Part shown: piece by piece, positions 47,493 to 56,403 of the stretch | Layout of the letters: the number at the start of each line of letters is the position of its first letter | How positions within the stretch are numbered: position 1 is the stretch's first letter | Source: Dehalococcoidia bacterium | Lineage (GTDB): Bacteria; Chloroflexota; Dehalococcoidia; Lucifugimonadales; UBA3495 | Assembly: GCA_965222595.1 (NCBI GenBank) | Contig: CBDCUJ010000011.1 | Location: forward strand, 4,838-68,837 | Length of the DNA stretch: 64,000 nucleotides | Reading direction: 5' to 3' | The notes under the pieces: generated by a model | What the model saw: the letters and a program-made list of their open reading frames with translations, nothing else | The model's database searches: none | What the model was told of the DNA's origin: nothing | Program-made: the position numbers and the translations under genes

Positions 47493-47852
47493 CTAGGGGT
47501 CGTTCCCGTGGGACGTCGGGTGCCCTCCGGCGATCCAGGAAGGCGTGCCGTCCTCAATGTTGTAGAGGTTTGCGGTGTCGTACCCCATTGACGATGCGAC
47601 CTCGCAGGCCAGCCCGCTGCGGACGCCGGCCGCGCAGATGAACAACAGTTTTTTGTCCTGCGGCACTTGGTCGATGCGGTCGGCGAGATCGTCGATGGGT
47701 ATGTGGATGGCTCCGGCGACGTGGCCGGTCACCCATTCGTCGTCGCGGCGCACGTCTACGACAACGGTGTTTCCCGGATCGCTGTCCAGAATCTGCCGCG
47801 CTTCGTTTGAGTCCACACGGTAATACGGTTCGCCGGGGTCCTGCCTTGGCAT
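47493..47852 (-). CDS. Single-domain rhodanese-like sulfurtransferase
   Basis: VVDVRRDDEW..GHVAGAIHIP...LLFICAAGVRS active-site Cys loop. ATG 47852 with GGAGGG RBS preferred over TTG 47900. Confidence 0.7.
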   Translation of the reverse strand: MPRQDPGEPYYRVDSNEARQILDSDPGNTVVVDVRRDDEWVTGHVAGAIHIPIDDLADRIDQVPQDKKLLFICAAGVRSGLACEVASSMGYDTANLYNIEDGTPSWIAGGHPTSHGNDP

Positions 47853-47967
47853 GGTCGTCCCTCCATTTATAGTCGGCTCGGTATCAGACTGGAAAGCCAA
47901 CTGAGTTCTTCGGGCCGAAACGCACCCGAAGTCACCACAACACTCAGGGGAATCCTGGGGCGGATCC

Positions 47968-48846
47968 TCAGGCGAAATACCGGGCCGTGATCGGCCCCAG
48001 CTTTCGACGCAGGTCCTCGGGGACCTCTTCCCTGCGAGTAATGATGGCGTCCTTCAAGGACGACCCGCAGGAGCAGCCGCGCTCCCCGGCCAACGCCGGT
48101 ATGCAGCGGCGCAAAAGCTCTTTGGATGTCGCCACGTTCTTGGTCAGGTTCTGCACCACCAGTTCGACACTGACCGTCTCTTCGCTTTCGTGCCAACAGT
48201 CGTAGTCTGTGATCCAGGCCATAGTGGAGTAACAGATTTCGGCTTCCCGCGCCAATTTGGCTTCGGGAAGGGCTGTCATGCCGATGATGTCCGCGCCCCA
48301 TGACCGGTACATGAACGATTCCGCCTTGGTGGAAAAGGCCGGACCCTCCATCACCACCATAGTGCCGCCGGCGTGAACGTTGATGTCCATTGGGCCGGCC
48401 GCGTCCAACACGGTCCGGCTGGTATCGGCGCAGAACGGTTCGGCCAAGCCGACGTGGGCCACCACGCCGCCGTCGAAGAATGTGTTCTCGCGCAGCCGGG
48501 TCCGGTCGATCAACTGGTCCGGAATCACGAGGTCCAGCGGGGCCAATTCCTCCTTGAGACTGCCAACAGCGCTCACGGAGATGATCCGTTCCACCCCCAG
48601 CGTCTTCAGGGCGTAGATGTTGGCGCGGGCGGGGATGAAGGAGGGATTGAAGCGGTGCCCCCGGCCGTGGCGTGGCAGGAAAGCCACCCTCACACCTTCC
48701 AAGGAGCCCAGGACCACTGAATCACTGGGGCTGCCGAAGGGGGTGTCGATGTTGACGAAATCGACGTCGGTCATGCCGTCCATGGCGTACAGACCGCTGC
48801 CGCCGATTATCCCTATCGTCGCCCCCTGGGCCCCCTGCGTTCTCAC
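47968..48846 (-). CDS. mtnP: S-methyl-5'-thioadenosine phosphorylase
   Basis: IGIIGGSGLY...FLPRHGRGHR..P..IP.RANIYALK.LGV..I.SVSAVGSL. Confidence 0.85.
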   Translation of the reverse strand: MRTQGAQGATIGIIGGSGLYAMDGMTDVDFVNIDTPFGSPSDSVVLGSLEGVRVAFLPRHGRGHRFNPSFIPARANIYALKTLGVERIISVSAVGSLKEELAPLDLVIPDQLIDRTRLRENTFFDGGVVAHVGLAEPFCADTSRTVLDAAGPMDINVHAGGTMVVMEGPAFSTKAESFMYRSWGADIIGMTALPEAKLAREAEICYSTMAWITDYDCWHESEETVSVELVVQNLTKNVATSKELLRRCIPALAGERGCSCGSSLKDAIITRREEVPEDLRRKLGPITARYFA

Positions 48847-48848
48847 GA

Positions 48849-49934
48849 TTACCCCGACAGCTCCCCGGTCCTTTTCGCGGCCGCCAGCCGCACGGCCATC
48901 ATCAGGTTCTCCGGGTAGGGGGCCCGGGCGACCCCGGCTTCAGTCACGATGGCGGTAACGTACCGGTGGGGCGTCACGTCGAAGGCAGGGTTGACCGCGT
49001 TGACCCCCTCAGGCGCGGCGGGTTCACCGCGAAAGCGGGTAACCTCTTCTTGGGGGCGCTCCTCGATTTCAATTTGGTCGCCGTGGGCCAGGTCGAGGTC
49101 GATAGTGCTGGTGGGAGCCGCCACGTAGAAGGGAATGCTATTTTCCCGGGCCAAGACCGCCAGGCTGTAGGTGCCGATCTTATTGGCCGTATCGCCGTTG
49201 GCTGCGATGCGGTCGGCGCCGGTGATGACGCAACCGATCTCCCCCCGGCGCATAAGGGAACCGGCGGCGGAATCCACCAGCAAGGTCGCCGGGATTCCCA
49301 GCTTCTGGAACTCCCACGAGGTCAGCCTTGCGCCCTGCAGCCAAGGACGGGTCTCGGTGTTGAAAACCCGGAATCGTTTGCCGTCTTCCCACCCGGCCCG
49401 TATCACTCCCAATGCGGTGCCGAAGGCCGAAGTGGCGAGAGCGCCGGTATTGCAATGGGTCAGCACCGACCCGCCGTCCGGCATCAATTTCTTGCCGTGT
49501 TCGCCCATCAACCTGTTGATGACTTCGTCTTCACGTTGAATTTCCACCGCCTCCGCCAGCAGGAGGTCCGGGACCGCGGCGGTGTCGGCGGCGGTTGCGG
49601 CGAGGTCCATCATCCGTTGGACGGCCCAGTGCAGGTTGACGGCGGTGGGGCGGGCGGACCTGATCAGCGCCGCGGCGTCCGTCAACCCGGACCGAAAGGA
49701 GTCCCCATCGGCGCTTTTCGAATCGCTGGCCAACTCTCTGGCGGCCATGGCCACCGCATAGGCGGCGGTGACCCCGATTGCAGGAGCTCCCCGGACCCGC
49801 ATCTCGCGGATGGCGGCGGCGGCCCCCCGGTAGTCGTCGACCTCAACGATCGCTTCCTCGGCGGGCAGCTTGGTCTGGTCCAGTAGTTGAAGCCTGCCAT
49901 CGGCCCACTGGATAGGCCGGATTTCGTTCAACAA
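48849..49934 (-). CDS. mtnA: S-methyl-5-thioribose-1-phosphate isomerase
   Basis: LQLLDQTKLP...MRVRGAPAIGVTAAY...THCNTGALAT...TRPWLQGARLT...GADRIAANGD. Confidence 0.87.
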   Translation of the reverse strand: MLNEIRPIQWADGRLQLLDQTKLPAEEAIVEVDDYRGAAAAIREMRVRGAPAIGVTAAYAVAMAARELASDSKSADGDSFRSGLTDAAALIRSARPTAVNLHWAVQRMMDLAATAADTAAVPDLLLAEAVEIQREDEVINRLMGEHGKKLMPDGGSVLTHCNTGALATSAFGTALGVIRAGWEDGKRFRVFNTETRPWLQGARLTSWEFQKLGIPATLLVDSAAGSLMRRGEIGCVITGADRIAANGDTANKIGTYSLAVLARENSIPFYVAAPTSTIDLDLAHGDQIEIEERPQEEVTRFRGEPAAPEGVNAVNPAFDVTPHRYVTAIVTEAGVARAPYPENLMMAVRLAAAKRTGELSG

Positions 49935-49982
49935 GCAACTCCTGTCGGGGTATAGTTCTGGGGCAAACCGGGTCCAAACATT

Positions 49983-50007
49983 AAAAAAGCTTCTCCAACG
50001 AGAAGCT
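49983..50007 (-). terminator. Intrinsic terminator (expression platform of the SAM-I riboswitch)
   Basis: - strand AGCUUCUC-GUUG-GAGAAGCU (8 bp) followed by UUUUUU. Confidence 0.7.
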
Positions 50008-50021
50008 CAACAAACTCTGAG

Positions 50022-50160
50022 CCCCCCTCATATCTCGCTCGACCGGAGTTGCCAGTCCAGAGCGCCGGAATTAGCACCGTATCCGGGCCTCAAATGACGA
50101 CCGGGACCGGTTGCTAGGCTTCGTCGGGCCGTCCCCTCAGCCGTTCTCTATAAAGGGTCA
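50022..50160 (-). promoter_or_regulatory. SAM-I (S-box) riboswitch aptamer
   Basis: - strand UUAUAGAGAACGGCUGAGGGGACGGCCCGACGAAGCCUAGCAACCGG...ACGGUGCUAAUUCCGGCG...GAGAUAUGAGG matches the conserved SAM-I blocks (AGAGnGGCnGAGGGAC.GGCCCnAnGAAGCC..GCAACC; GGUGCUAAUUCC). Confidence 0.85.
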
Positions 50161-50205
50161 CTGAGCAGGTATTTTGTTGTTAATGCCGACCACAATGTGG
50201 CTTCA

Positions 50206-50234
50206 ATACTACTAAGGGCCCCCAACGGTGTCAA
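50206..50234 (-). promoter_or_regulatory. Candidate promoter of the SAM-riboswitch operon
   Basis: - strand TTGACA (50234-50229), 17 nt spacer, TAGTAT (50211-50206), ~45 nt upstream of the aptamer. Confidence 0.5.
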
Positions 50235-50318
50235 GGACGGTCTGCGGACGCTCAGACTAGCCGAGAAGATGAGCTTGTACCTTTCCACTTGCGTGTGGGC
50301 GGTGGTTCCGGTTGCCAA

Positions 50319-50963
50319 CTACTTGCCAGGTTGCCGGCGGTAGCCGAACCTGCGTGGGCTGTATTCAGCTTTTTTGGCGTTCCTGCTTGCTTGTGGCGCG
50401 ACTTCCTTACGGTCTGATTCCAAATCCACCTCACGTATCAAGTCGTGAAACTCGGTAATAATGCGGCGCACTTCACGGTCATTCTTGTCAATGAGCTCTT
50501 TCATATACGCCTCACCATCGGCAGCTTCTTTGCGAGTGTCCACTACGTCGAACCAGACAAGACTTGGATGCTTGCCCGCAGTGCTCCTCGTTTTCCCGTC
50601 GCGGTGTTCACTCATCCGTTCCCGAAGCTCACGAGTATGCCCCGCATAGAACTTTCCGCCGTCCAATTTCAAGATGTAGATGAAAAAAACATCACCTTCT
50701 TCGTCCCCGGTTTCCCACTGGGGATTGTATTCCGGCTCGTATCTCCCTGCGCGACTGCTGCTTTGATTCCCGCTTGCGGCGTTGCAGTTGCGACACAACG
50801 GATAGTTTGGATCCTTGTATTGTCCGCATCTGGGACACTCGTCAATTTCACCGTTCTCTTTGGCTCCGTTATGAGACCGACACAACTTGTACCACGACGC
50901 GATACGCTCATCGCAGTCCTGATAAGCACAGATGCCGCCTGATTGCTTGGTTGCCATATTCAC
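50319..50963 (-). CDS. GIY-YIG nuclease-domain protein with two N-terminal Cys-cluster zinc-finger-like motifs
   Basis: 214 aa. C-x4-C-x10-C-x2-H and C-x2-C-x10-C-x2-C, then FFIYILKLDGGKFYAGHTRELRERMSEHRDG (GIY-YIG core). Sits in a visibly lower-GC patch. Confidence 0.6.
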   Translation of the reverse strand: MNMATKQSGGICAYQDCDERIASWYKLCRSHNGAKENGEIDECPRCGQYKDPNYPLCRNCNAASGNQSSSRAGRYEPEYNPQWETGDEEGDVFFIYILKLDGGKFYAGHTRELRERMSEHRDGKTRSTAGKHPSLVWFDVVDTRKEAADGEAYMKELIDKNDREVRRIITEFHDLIREVDLESDRKEVAPQASRNAKKAEYSPRRFGYRRQPGK

Positions 50964-51118
50964 TACTCTTCAATCTGTGATGACGGTTCCCGTGGGCCGA
51001 AATCATCTGGAAATGTTTCCATGACCGTAAGATGCTACCACAGCCCAAATACCACAAGCAAAATGGACCGGTTGTACTGCGGGACCACGTTTTTCGACGC
51101 GCCCGCAGCCGGGGTTGG

Positions 51119-51148
51119 TTGACAGCCACGAAGGCACGCCAACATAAT
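51119..51148 (+). promoter_or_regulatory. Candidate promoter for pncB
   Basis: TTGACA (51119-51124), 18 nt spacer, CATAAT (51143-51148). Confidence 0.4.
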
Positions 51149-51209
51149 ACTCGGCGCATGCTCGGGAGATCGTTCCCGTAATTCGCAAATTGGGCGTATA
51201 TCAGCCACA

Positions 51210-52598
51210 ATGACCAGTCCAAACTTGGCGCCGCCAGCGGACGAATTCGGGCTGTTTACCGACCTCTACGAACTCACCATGTCGCAAGCCTATTTTGACC
51301 AGGGTATGTTTGCGCCCGCCACCTTCAGCCTGTCCGTCCGCAGCTACCCCGCCAACCGCGGCTGCCTGGTTTCCGCCGGCTTGGACGACGTGCTGGAATA
51401 CCTGGCGCTTCTGAACTTCGGAGACCGGGCGGTGGACTACCTGAGGTCAACCGGCATCTTCGGCGGTGATTTTCTGGAATACTTGCGGGGCGTCCGGTTC
51501 ACCGGCGATGTCCGGGCCATTCCGGAAGGGCGCCTCTTTTTCGTGGACGAACCGGTCCTGGAGGTCAGCGCCCCGATTATCGAAGCCCAGTTGGTGGAAA
51601 CCTACGTCATCAACCAGGTCAACCTGCAGTCGACCCTGGCGACCAAAGCGGCCCGCTGCGTTTGGGCCGCCCAAGGCCGCGGCATCGCCGACTTTGCTTC
51701 CCGCCGGGCCCAGGGCACTGACGCCGCGATGAAGATGGCCCGGGCCAGCTATATTGCCGGGTTCCAGTCCAGCAGCAACGTACTGGCCGCCAGCCAATAC
51801 GGGATTCCCCCGGCGGGCACCATGGCCCATTCGTTCATTTCAAGCTTTCCGTCGGAGATCGAGGCGTTCCGGGCCTACGCCGAGTCCTTCCCCACCCGCA
51901 CGGTCCTCCTGCTGGACACCTATGACACCGTGGCCGGCGCTTGGAACGCCGTGGAAGTCGCCAAAGAGATGGAATCCAAGGGCCACCGATTGTTGGCTGT
52001 CCGGTTGGACTCCGGCGACTTCGATCAATTGAGCCGGCAGGTCCGGGGGGTTCTCGACTCTGTGGGACTCGATTACGTGAAAGTGCTGGTCAGCGGGGGA
52101 CTCGACGAATACCAGTTGGAGTCCTTGGTGCGGGCGGGAGCCCCTGTCGACCTGTTCGGAGTCGGCACCAAGGCCGGAGTCTCGGAAGACGCCCCTTCGT
52201 CCGACATGGCCTACAAGCTGGTCTGCTTCGACCAACGCCCGGTGATGAAACTCAGCACCGGCAAGGTGTCCCTGCCAGGCTCCAAGCAAGTGTTCAGGAT
52301 GCGGGACGAAGAGGGGAAGCTGTCCCGGGACGTTATCGGCCTGCAGGACGACGCGCCGGCCGGAGCGGAGCCAGTGATGGATGAAGTGATGCGACATGGA
52401 AGGCGCACCTCGCCGCAGCCCCCGCTGGAAGAAGTCCGTGAGCGGTTCCGGAAAGAGTTCGAGTCGCTGGAGCCACGCTTCAAGGCATTGAACAACCCAC
52501 CGCGCTATCCCGTCTCCATCAGCCCGCGTTTGCGGAGACTTGCCGCCGCCGTAAAGGAAAAGGCCGTGTTGACGAACATTTCCGGCAATGGCTCTTAG
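51210..52598 (+). CDS. pncB: Nicotinate phosphoribosyltransferase
   Basis: 462 aa. FTDLYELTMSQAYF...EAQLVETYVINQVNLQS..ATKAAR...GTMAHSF...LLLDTYD. Confidence 0.85.
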   Translation: MTSPNLAPPADEFGLFTDLYELTMSQAYFDQGMFAPATFSLSVRSYPANRGCLVSAGLDDVLEYLALLNFGDRAVDYLRSTGIFGGDFLEYLRGVRFTGDVRAIPEGRLFFVDEPVLEVSAPIIEAQLVETYVINQVNLQSTLATKAARCVWAAQGRGIADFASRRAQGTDAAMKMARASYIAGFQSSSNVLAASQYGIPPAGTMAHSFISSFPSEIEAFRAYAESFPTRTVLLLDTYDTVAGAWNAVEVAKEMESKGHRLLAVRLDSGDFDQLSRQVRGVLDSVGLDYVKVLVSGGLDEYQLESLVRAGAPVDLFGVGTKAGVSEDAPSSDMAYKLVCFDQRPVMKLSTGKVSLPGSKQVFRMRDEEGKLSRDVIGLQDDAPAGAEPVMDEVMRHGRRTSPQPPLEEVRERFRKEFESLEPRFKALNNPPRYPVSISPRLRRLAAAVKEKAVLTNISGNGS

Positions 52599-52642
52599 CC
52601 TCGGGCCCGCCGCCCCAATCAGCTTAGAGAAGTGACTGCCCT

Positions 52643-54475
52643 ATGAAGACCGCCGTTTGCATCAAATACGTTCCCGTCATCTCGCGTATGCAGTTCGACT
52701 ACGAAGCCAAGACGATCGTCCGCGACGGCGTCCCCTCCGAGGTCAACCCCTTCGACCTGCTGGGGGTGGTCCGGGCTGCCGAGCTGAAGAGCGGTCCGGA
52801 CGACGAAGTCGTGGTCTTGACCATGGGTCCGCCCGGCGCAGCCGAGGGCCTCACCGACTGCCTGGCCTTGGGCGCGGACCGGGCCGTGCTGGTCACCGAC
52901 CGCGCACTGGCCGGTTCCGATACTCTGGCCACCTCCAGGGTCCTGGCCTTGGCGCTGGCCCGGGAACAGCCGGACCTGATCATCTGCGGGCGCAACAGCA
53001 CCGACGGCGAGACCGGCCAAGTGGGGCCGGAGGTCGCCGAGCTTTTGGGGCTGCCCCACCTCAGCCACGTCCGCAAACTGGACCTGTCCGCCGACCGTCG
53101 GGGGGTCGTGGCTGAGCGTATCACCGACGAGGGGTTCCAGGTGCTGGAATGCCCTCTGCCTGCCGTGGTCTGCGTCACCGAGGGCGTGGCCCCGGAGCTC
53201 TACCCCAGCCAGGAGCAGATGGAGGGAGCCCAAAGCAAGCTCACGGACCAGGTCAGCGCCGCCGACCTGACCAGCGATACATCGCTCTTCGGCGCGGAAG
53301 GCTCGCCGACCTGGGTCAGCGAGATCCGGCTGGTGGAGCCCAACCGCTTGGGCGTACGCCTAGAGGACGCCGAGCCGGGAGATGCGGCAAAGCAGGTGGC
53401 CGCTTCCGTACGCGACCGCCTCGCGGAGCTGGCCCAGGCAGCGCCCGTCGACTCCCGGGCCGTGTTGCCTCGATTCTCGGACAGCCGGGAGCGCAGCGTT
53501 TGGGTAGTCGCGGAAACCACCAAAGACGGATTGGCCCATGTAACCCTGGAGATGCTGGGCAAGGCCCGGGAAATGACCGCCGTAACGCAGAGCGAGGTGG
53601 TTGCGGTAGTCATAGCCAGCGACGGAGAGTCCTTGGCGCAGACACTGGCCGACCGGGGAGCCGACCGTGTGCTAGTGCTGGACAACTCTTCATTGGGGCC
53701 GGTCTGCAGCCGGGCGGTGGGCCAGGCACTGGCCGCCGTCGTGGACAAAGAGCGGCCCTACGCAATCTTGTTCGCGTCCACCGCCGACGGCCGCGACCTG
53801 GCGGCGCGGTTGGCCGCCAAGCTGGAGTTGGGTCTGACCGGCGACGCCATCGACCTGGAGATCGATGACGAAGGCCGCCTGGTGCAGTTGAAACCCGCGC
53901 TGGGCGGAAACGTCGTGGCCCCGATCCTTTCCAAGACACTGCCCAACCTGGTCACGCTGCGGCCCGGACTGCTCACCCCGGCTGTCCCGGAACCAGGCGC
54001 GATAGCCTTGGTGGAGCAGGTCCCTGCCCTGCCCTTCGACGGGCCGGACGTGCGGTTGGTCAGCGAAGAAGTCCAGGAGGACCAGGAAGGACTGGAGTTG
54101 GCCCGGGCCCGGGTGGTGCTTGGGGTGGGTATGGGCGTCGGCGAAGACAACGTGGCCCGTGTCGTCGAGATGGCCCGCTCCATCAACGCCTCGGTGGCAA
54201 TAACCCGCGATGTCTCGCATGAGGGATGGCTGCCGCAGCAGCTACAAGTCGGCATCAGCGGCCGTACCATCGCTCCCACGGTCTACGTGGCCGTGGGCAT
54301 CCGCGGAGCTTTTAACCACACCGTCGGCCTGCAGCGGGCCGGAATCATCGTGGCGGTCAACCAGAGCCGCCGTGCCACCATCTTCCGTTCCGCCGATTTC
54401 GGCATCGTCGGCCCGTGGGAAGAGTTCCTGCCGCCCTTGATTGAAGAGCTGCGGCCCGTGCTGGCCGGCTTGTAG
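52643..54475 (+). CDS. Electron transfer flavoprotein, beta and alpha subunits fused in one 610-aa polypeptide
   Basis: N-terminal MKTAVCIKYVP...NPFDL...ICGRNSTDGETGQVGPEVAELLGLP (EtfB). C-terminal ...VWVVAE...GADRVLVL...QVGISGRTIAPTVYVAVGIRGAFNHTVGL...IVAVN (EtfA). Confidence 0.85.
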   Translation: MKTAVCIKYVPVISRMQFDYEAKTIVRDGVPSEVNPFDLLGVVRAAELKSGPDDEVVVLTMGPPGAAEGLTDCLALGADRAVLVTDRALAGSDTLATSRVLALALAREQPDLIICGRNSTDGETGQVGPEVAELLGLPHLSHVRKLDLSADRRGVVAERITDEGFQVLECPLPAVVCVTEGVAPELYPSQEQMEGAQSKLTDQVSAADLTSDTSLFGAEGSPTWVSEIRLVEPNRLGVRLEDAEPGDAAKQVAASVRDRLAELAQAAPVDSRAVLPRFSDSRERSVWVVAETTKDGLAHVTLEMLGKAREMTAVTQSEVVAVVIASDGESLAQTLADRGADRVLVLDNSSLGPVCSRAVGQALAAVVDKERPYAILFASTADGRDLAARLAAKLELGLTGDAIDLEIDDEGRLVQLKPALGGNVVAPILSKTLPNLVTLRPGLLTPAVPEPGAIALVEQVPALPFDGPDVRLVSEEVQEDQEGLELARARVVLGVGMGVGEDNVARVVEMARSINASVAITRDVSHEGWLPQQLQVGISGRTIAPTVYVAVGIRGAFNHTVGLQRAGIIVAVNQSRRATIFRSADFGIVGPWEEFLPPLIEELRPVLAGL

Positions 54476-54621
54476 CTCGCCAAGCGCTAAACAGCCTGCT
54501 TTTTTGGGATGTTGACAAATCTGTTATTGATATTACCCTCCTAGCTGTCCTCCGCTTGAATGGACGCACATCACTGGCGGCGATCAGTAGGGTTCTGCTA
54601 ATTCATCGAAGGCGCTTTGCC

Positions 54622-56403
54622 ATGACATTCCAACGACGCCTTTGCATTATCGGGACCGGGCTAAGAAAGTTCGGAAAGCGCAGTAGTCTGGTTGCCATTC
54701 TGTTGTTATTCCTGGCATCGTGCAGTACGGCCCCTACTGATACATCGCCTCCAGGCCCCAACGTAACAGAACACGCCACCGATCTGCCCACCCCTGTAAC
54801 TGTCGGAGATTACCCGGAGTGCGAGCCCGATCGAGAATCGATTAAGCAGTTTCAAAGGTTCGGGACTACGCCTCCACAACGCATGGAACTCGGTTTCCGC
54901 AGCGAAGAATCGGGTGCAGCTGTTTCCGTTCCTGCCGAATCTCTGCTGATTACAGGAGACCTTTCCATACTGGACGTGCAAGCCGTGGTGGTATACGACT
55001 TGTATGACCTGGAAGCTTTCGAGTCAAGTGTAGTAGATCCAGAAGGCTGTCCCGACGGCCTTACATTGCGATTCGCAGCCCAGGCGGCCCTCAGCGAGGT
55101 GGCGGGCCGGCGCGCAAGGTGGGACCTACTTGCCTGGGCACGTGTAGAAGTACAGCAAGCAGTTCATGGCCGGTTACAGGAAACCCTTGACCTGTATGAC
55201 GCCGGGATCCGAGTTCGATCGGTGACTCTGTACCAGGTGCTAGTGGCTGAAGAGCTGCGTTCGACATTCAACGGCGTGCTACGAGCAAGGCAGGACAAAG
55301 CCGCCGCCATCAATCAGGCCAGGAGCTATGAAACGACGGCCCCGGTGCAGGCCCGATTAGAGGCCCAGGGAATTATTGAGTCCGCCGAGACAACCAGGGA
55401 TGTGCGCCGGGGCCGCGCCGAGGAAGACGTGAGCCGATTCGTTTCAGTCTTAAAGCAATACGACCAAGAGGAGGGCGCTGCTCTCAAGGAGCTTTACCTT
55501 CAAGCCATTGAGGAGATTCTCCCAGGTGTCGCAGAGTTCATAGTTGCGGCGGCGCAGTCCAAGAATTCGGGCGGAGATAGCCTTGGCGCTTCCTCACAAT
55601 ACTTCAGTATGGTCGCGCCAAATTCTGTGATGGGCGAGTACTCCAGCTCCGGGGGGATTCCCTCCTTCTCCACGACCGACGCCGGGGCGCACTGGGCCCT
55701 TGGCTCGACAAGTCCCCAGAAGCTCTCGGATGGCCGTCTTTTCTTCGTCGATGGTGCCCCCGTTACGCTACTGGACATGGATCTACAAGCCTTGGTGGTC
55801 CATGCCTACGCCGTTGCCCGGACTGTCGAACCGGCGGAAATCGCAGACATGGTCAGCGTAGTATCGGGCATCATCAACAGCGCCCTGAGCGATGAAATCG
55901 CCCAACGGAGTAGCCACGAGGTGATTGGAGCCGGGGTCATTCTTGATCAGGAGGGCGCCCCGGTCTTCAACGAAGATGGCAACGTTATGGTCCAATCTAC
56001 CGATAGCCGGTCTGAGATAGTCGGTCAGGTGCTGAGTCGGGTGAATGCGTCGGTTAACGAGGCCGGCTTAGGCATTGAAGTGGTTGACCTGCGGCTGAAA
56101 AATATCGCGTTTCCTGAGCAGGTAAAGGGCCGAATTTTCGAGCGTATGAGAGGTGAGCGAGAAAAAATTAGCAGAAGAATCCATGCTGAGGGCGAACAGC
56201 TGGCAGCCGCGATCCGTGCTGATGCCGACCGGCAGAGTGCGATTATCCTGGCGGAGGCCGAGGAGGAAGCGAAGGCGATAACCGGCGAAGGCGATATTGC
56301 GATTATCAACGGAATCCTGGAGGCCTTAACCCGGGACCCGGAGCTCTTGGTCTACGAGAAAGCTATTCAGGCCTACAAAGTCGCCAGGGGCCTGAATAAT
56401 TGA
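54622..56403 (+). CDS. Tandem-SPFH (HflK-like plus HflC-like) fusion lipoprotein
   Basis: Lipobox LLFLASC after a basic N-terminus. aa ~130-330 are HflK-like (ITGDLSILDV...AGIRVRSVTL...). aa ~400-590 are HflC-like (GIEVVDLRLKNIAFPEQVKGRIFERMRGEREK...AEGEQ...). ATG 54622 preferred over TTG 54556. Confidence 0.7.
   Translation: MTFQRRLCIIGTGLRKFGKRSSLVAILLLFLASCSTAPTDTSPPGPNVTEHATDLPTPVTVGDYPECEPDRESIKQFQRFGTTPPQRMELGFRSEESGAAVSVPAESLLITGDLSILDVQAVVVYDLYDLEAFESSVVDPEGCPDGLTLRFAAQAALSEVAGRRARWDLLAWARVEVQQAVHGRLQETLDLYDAGIRVRSVTLYQVLVAEELRSTFNGVLRARQDKAAAINQARSYETTAPVQARLEAQGIIESAETTRDVRRGRAEEDVSRFVSVLKQYDQEEGAALKELYLQAIEEILPGVAEFIVAAAQSKNSGGDSLGASSQYFSMVAPNSVMGEYSSSGGIPSFSTTDAGAHWALGSTSPQKLSDGRLFFVDGAPVTLLDMDLQALVVHAYAVARTVEPAEIADMVSVVSGIINSALSDEIAQRSSHEVIGAGVILDQEGAPVFNEDGNVMVQSTDSRSEIVGQVLSRVNASVNEAGLGIEVVDLRLKNIAFPEQVKGRIFERMRGEREKISRRIHAEGEQLAAAIRADADRQSAIILAEAEEEAKAITGEGDIAIINGILEALTRDPELLVYEKAIQAYKVARGLNN

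Noticed and set aside
52619-54279. Multiple 150-240-aa ORFs in alternative frames and strands across the etfBA gene
   Set aside because: All overlap a gene with clear EtfB and EtfA signatures. Their Arg/Gly/Pro-rich translations mark them as compositional artefacts.
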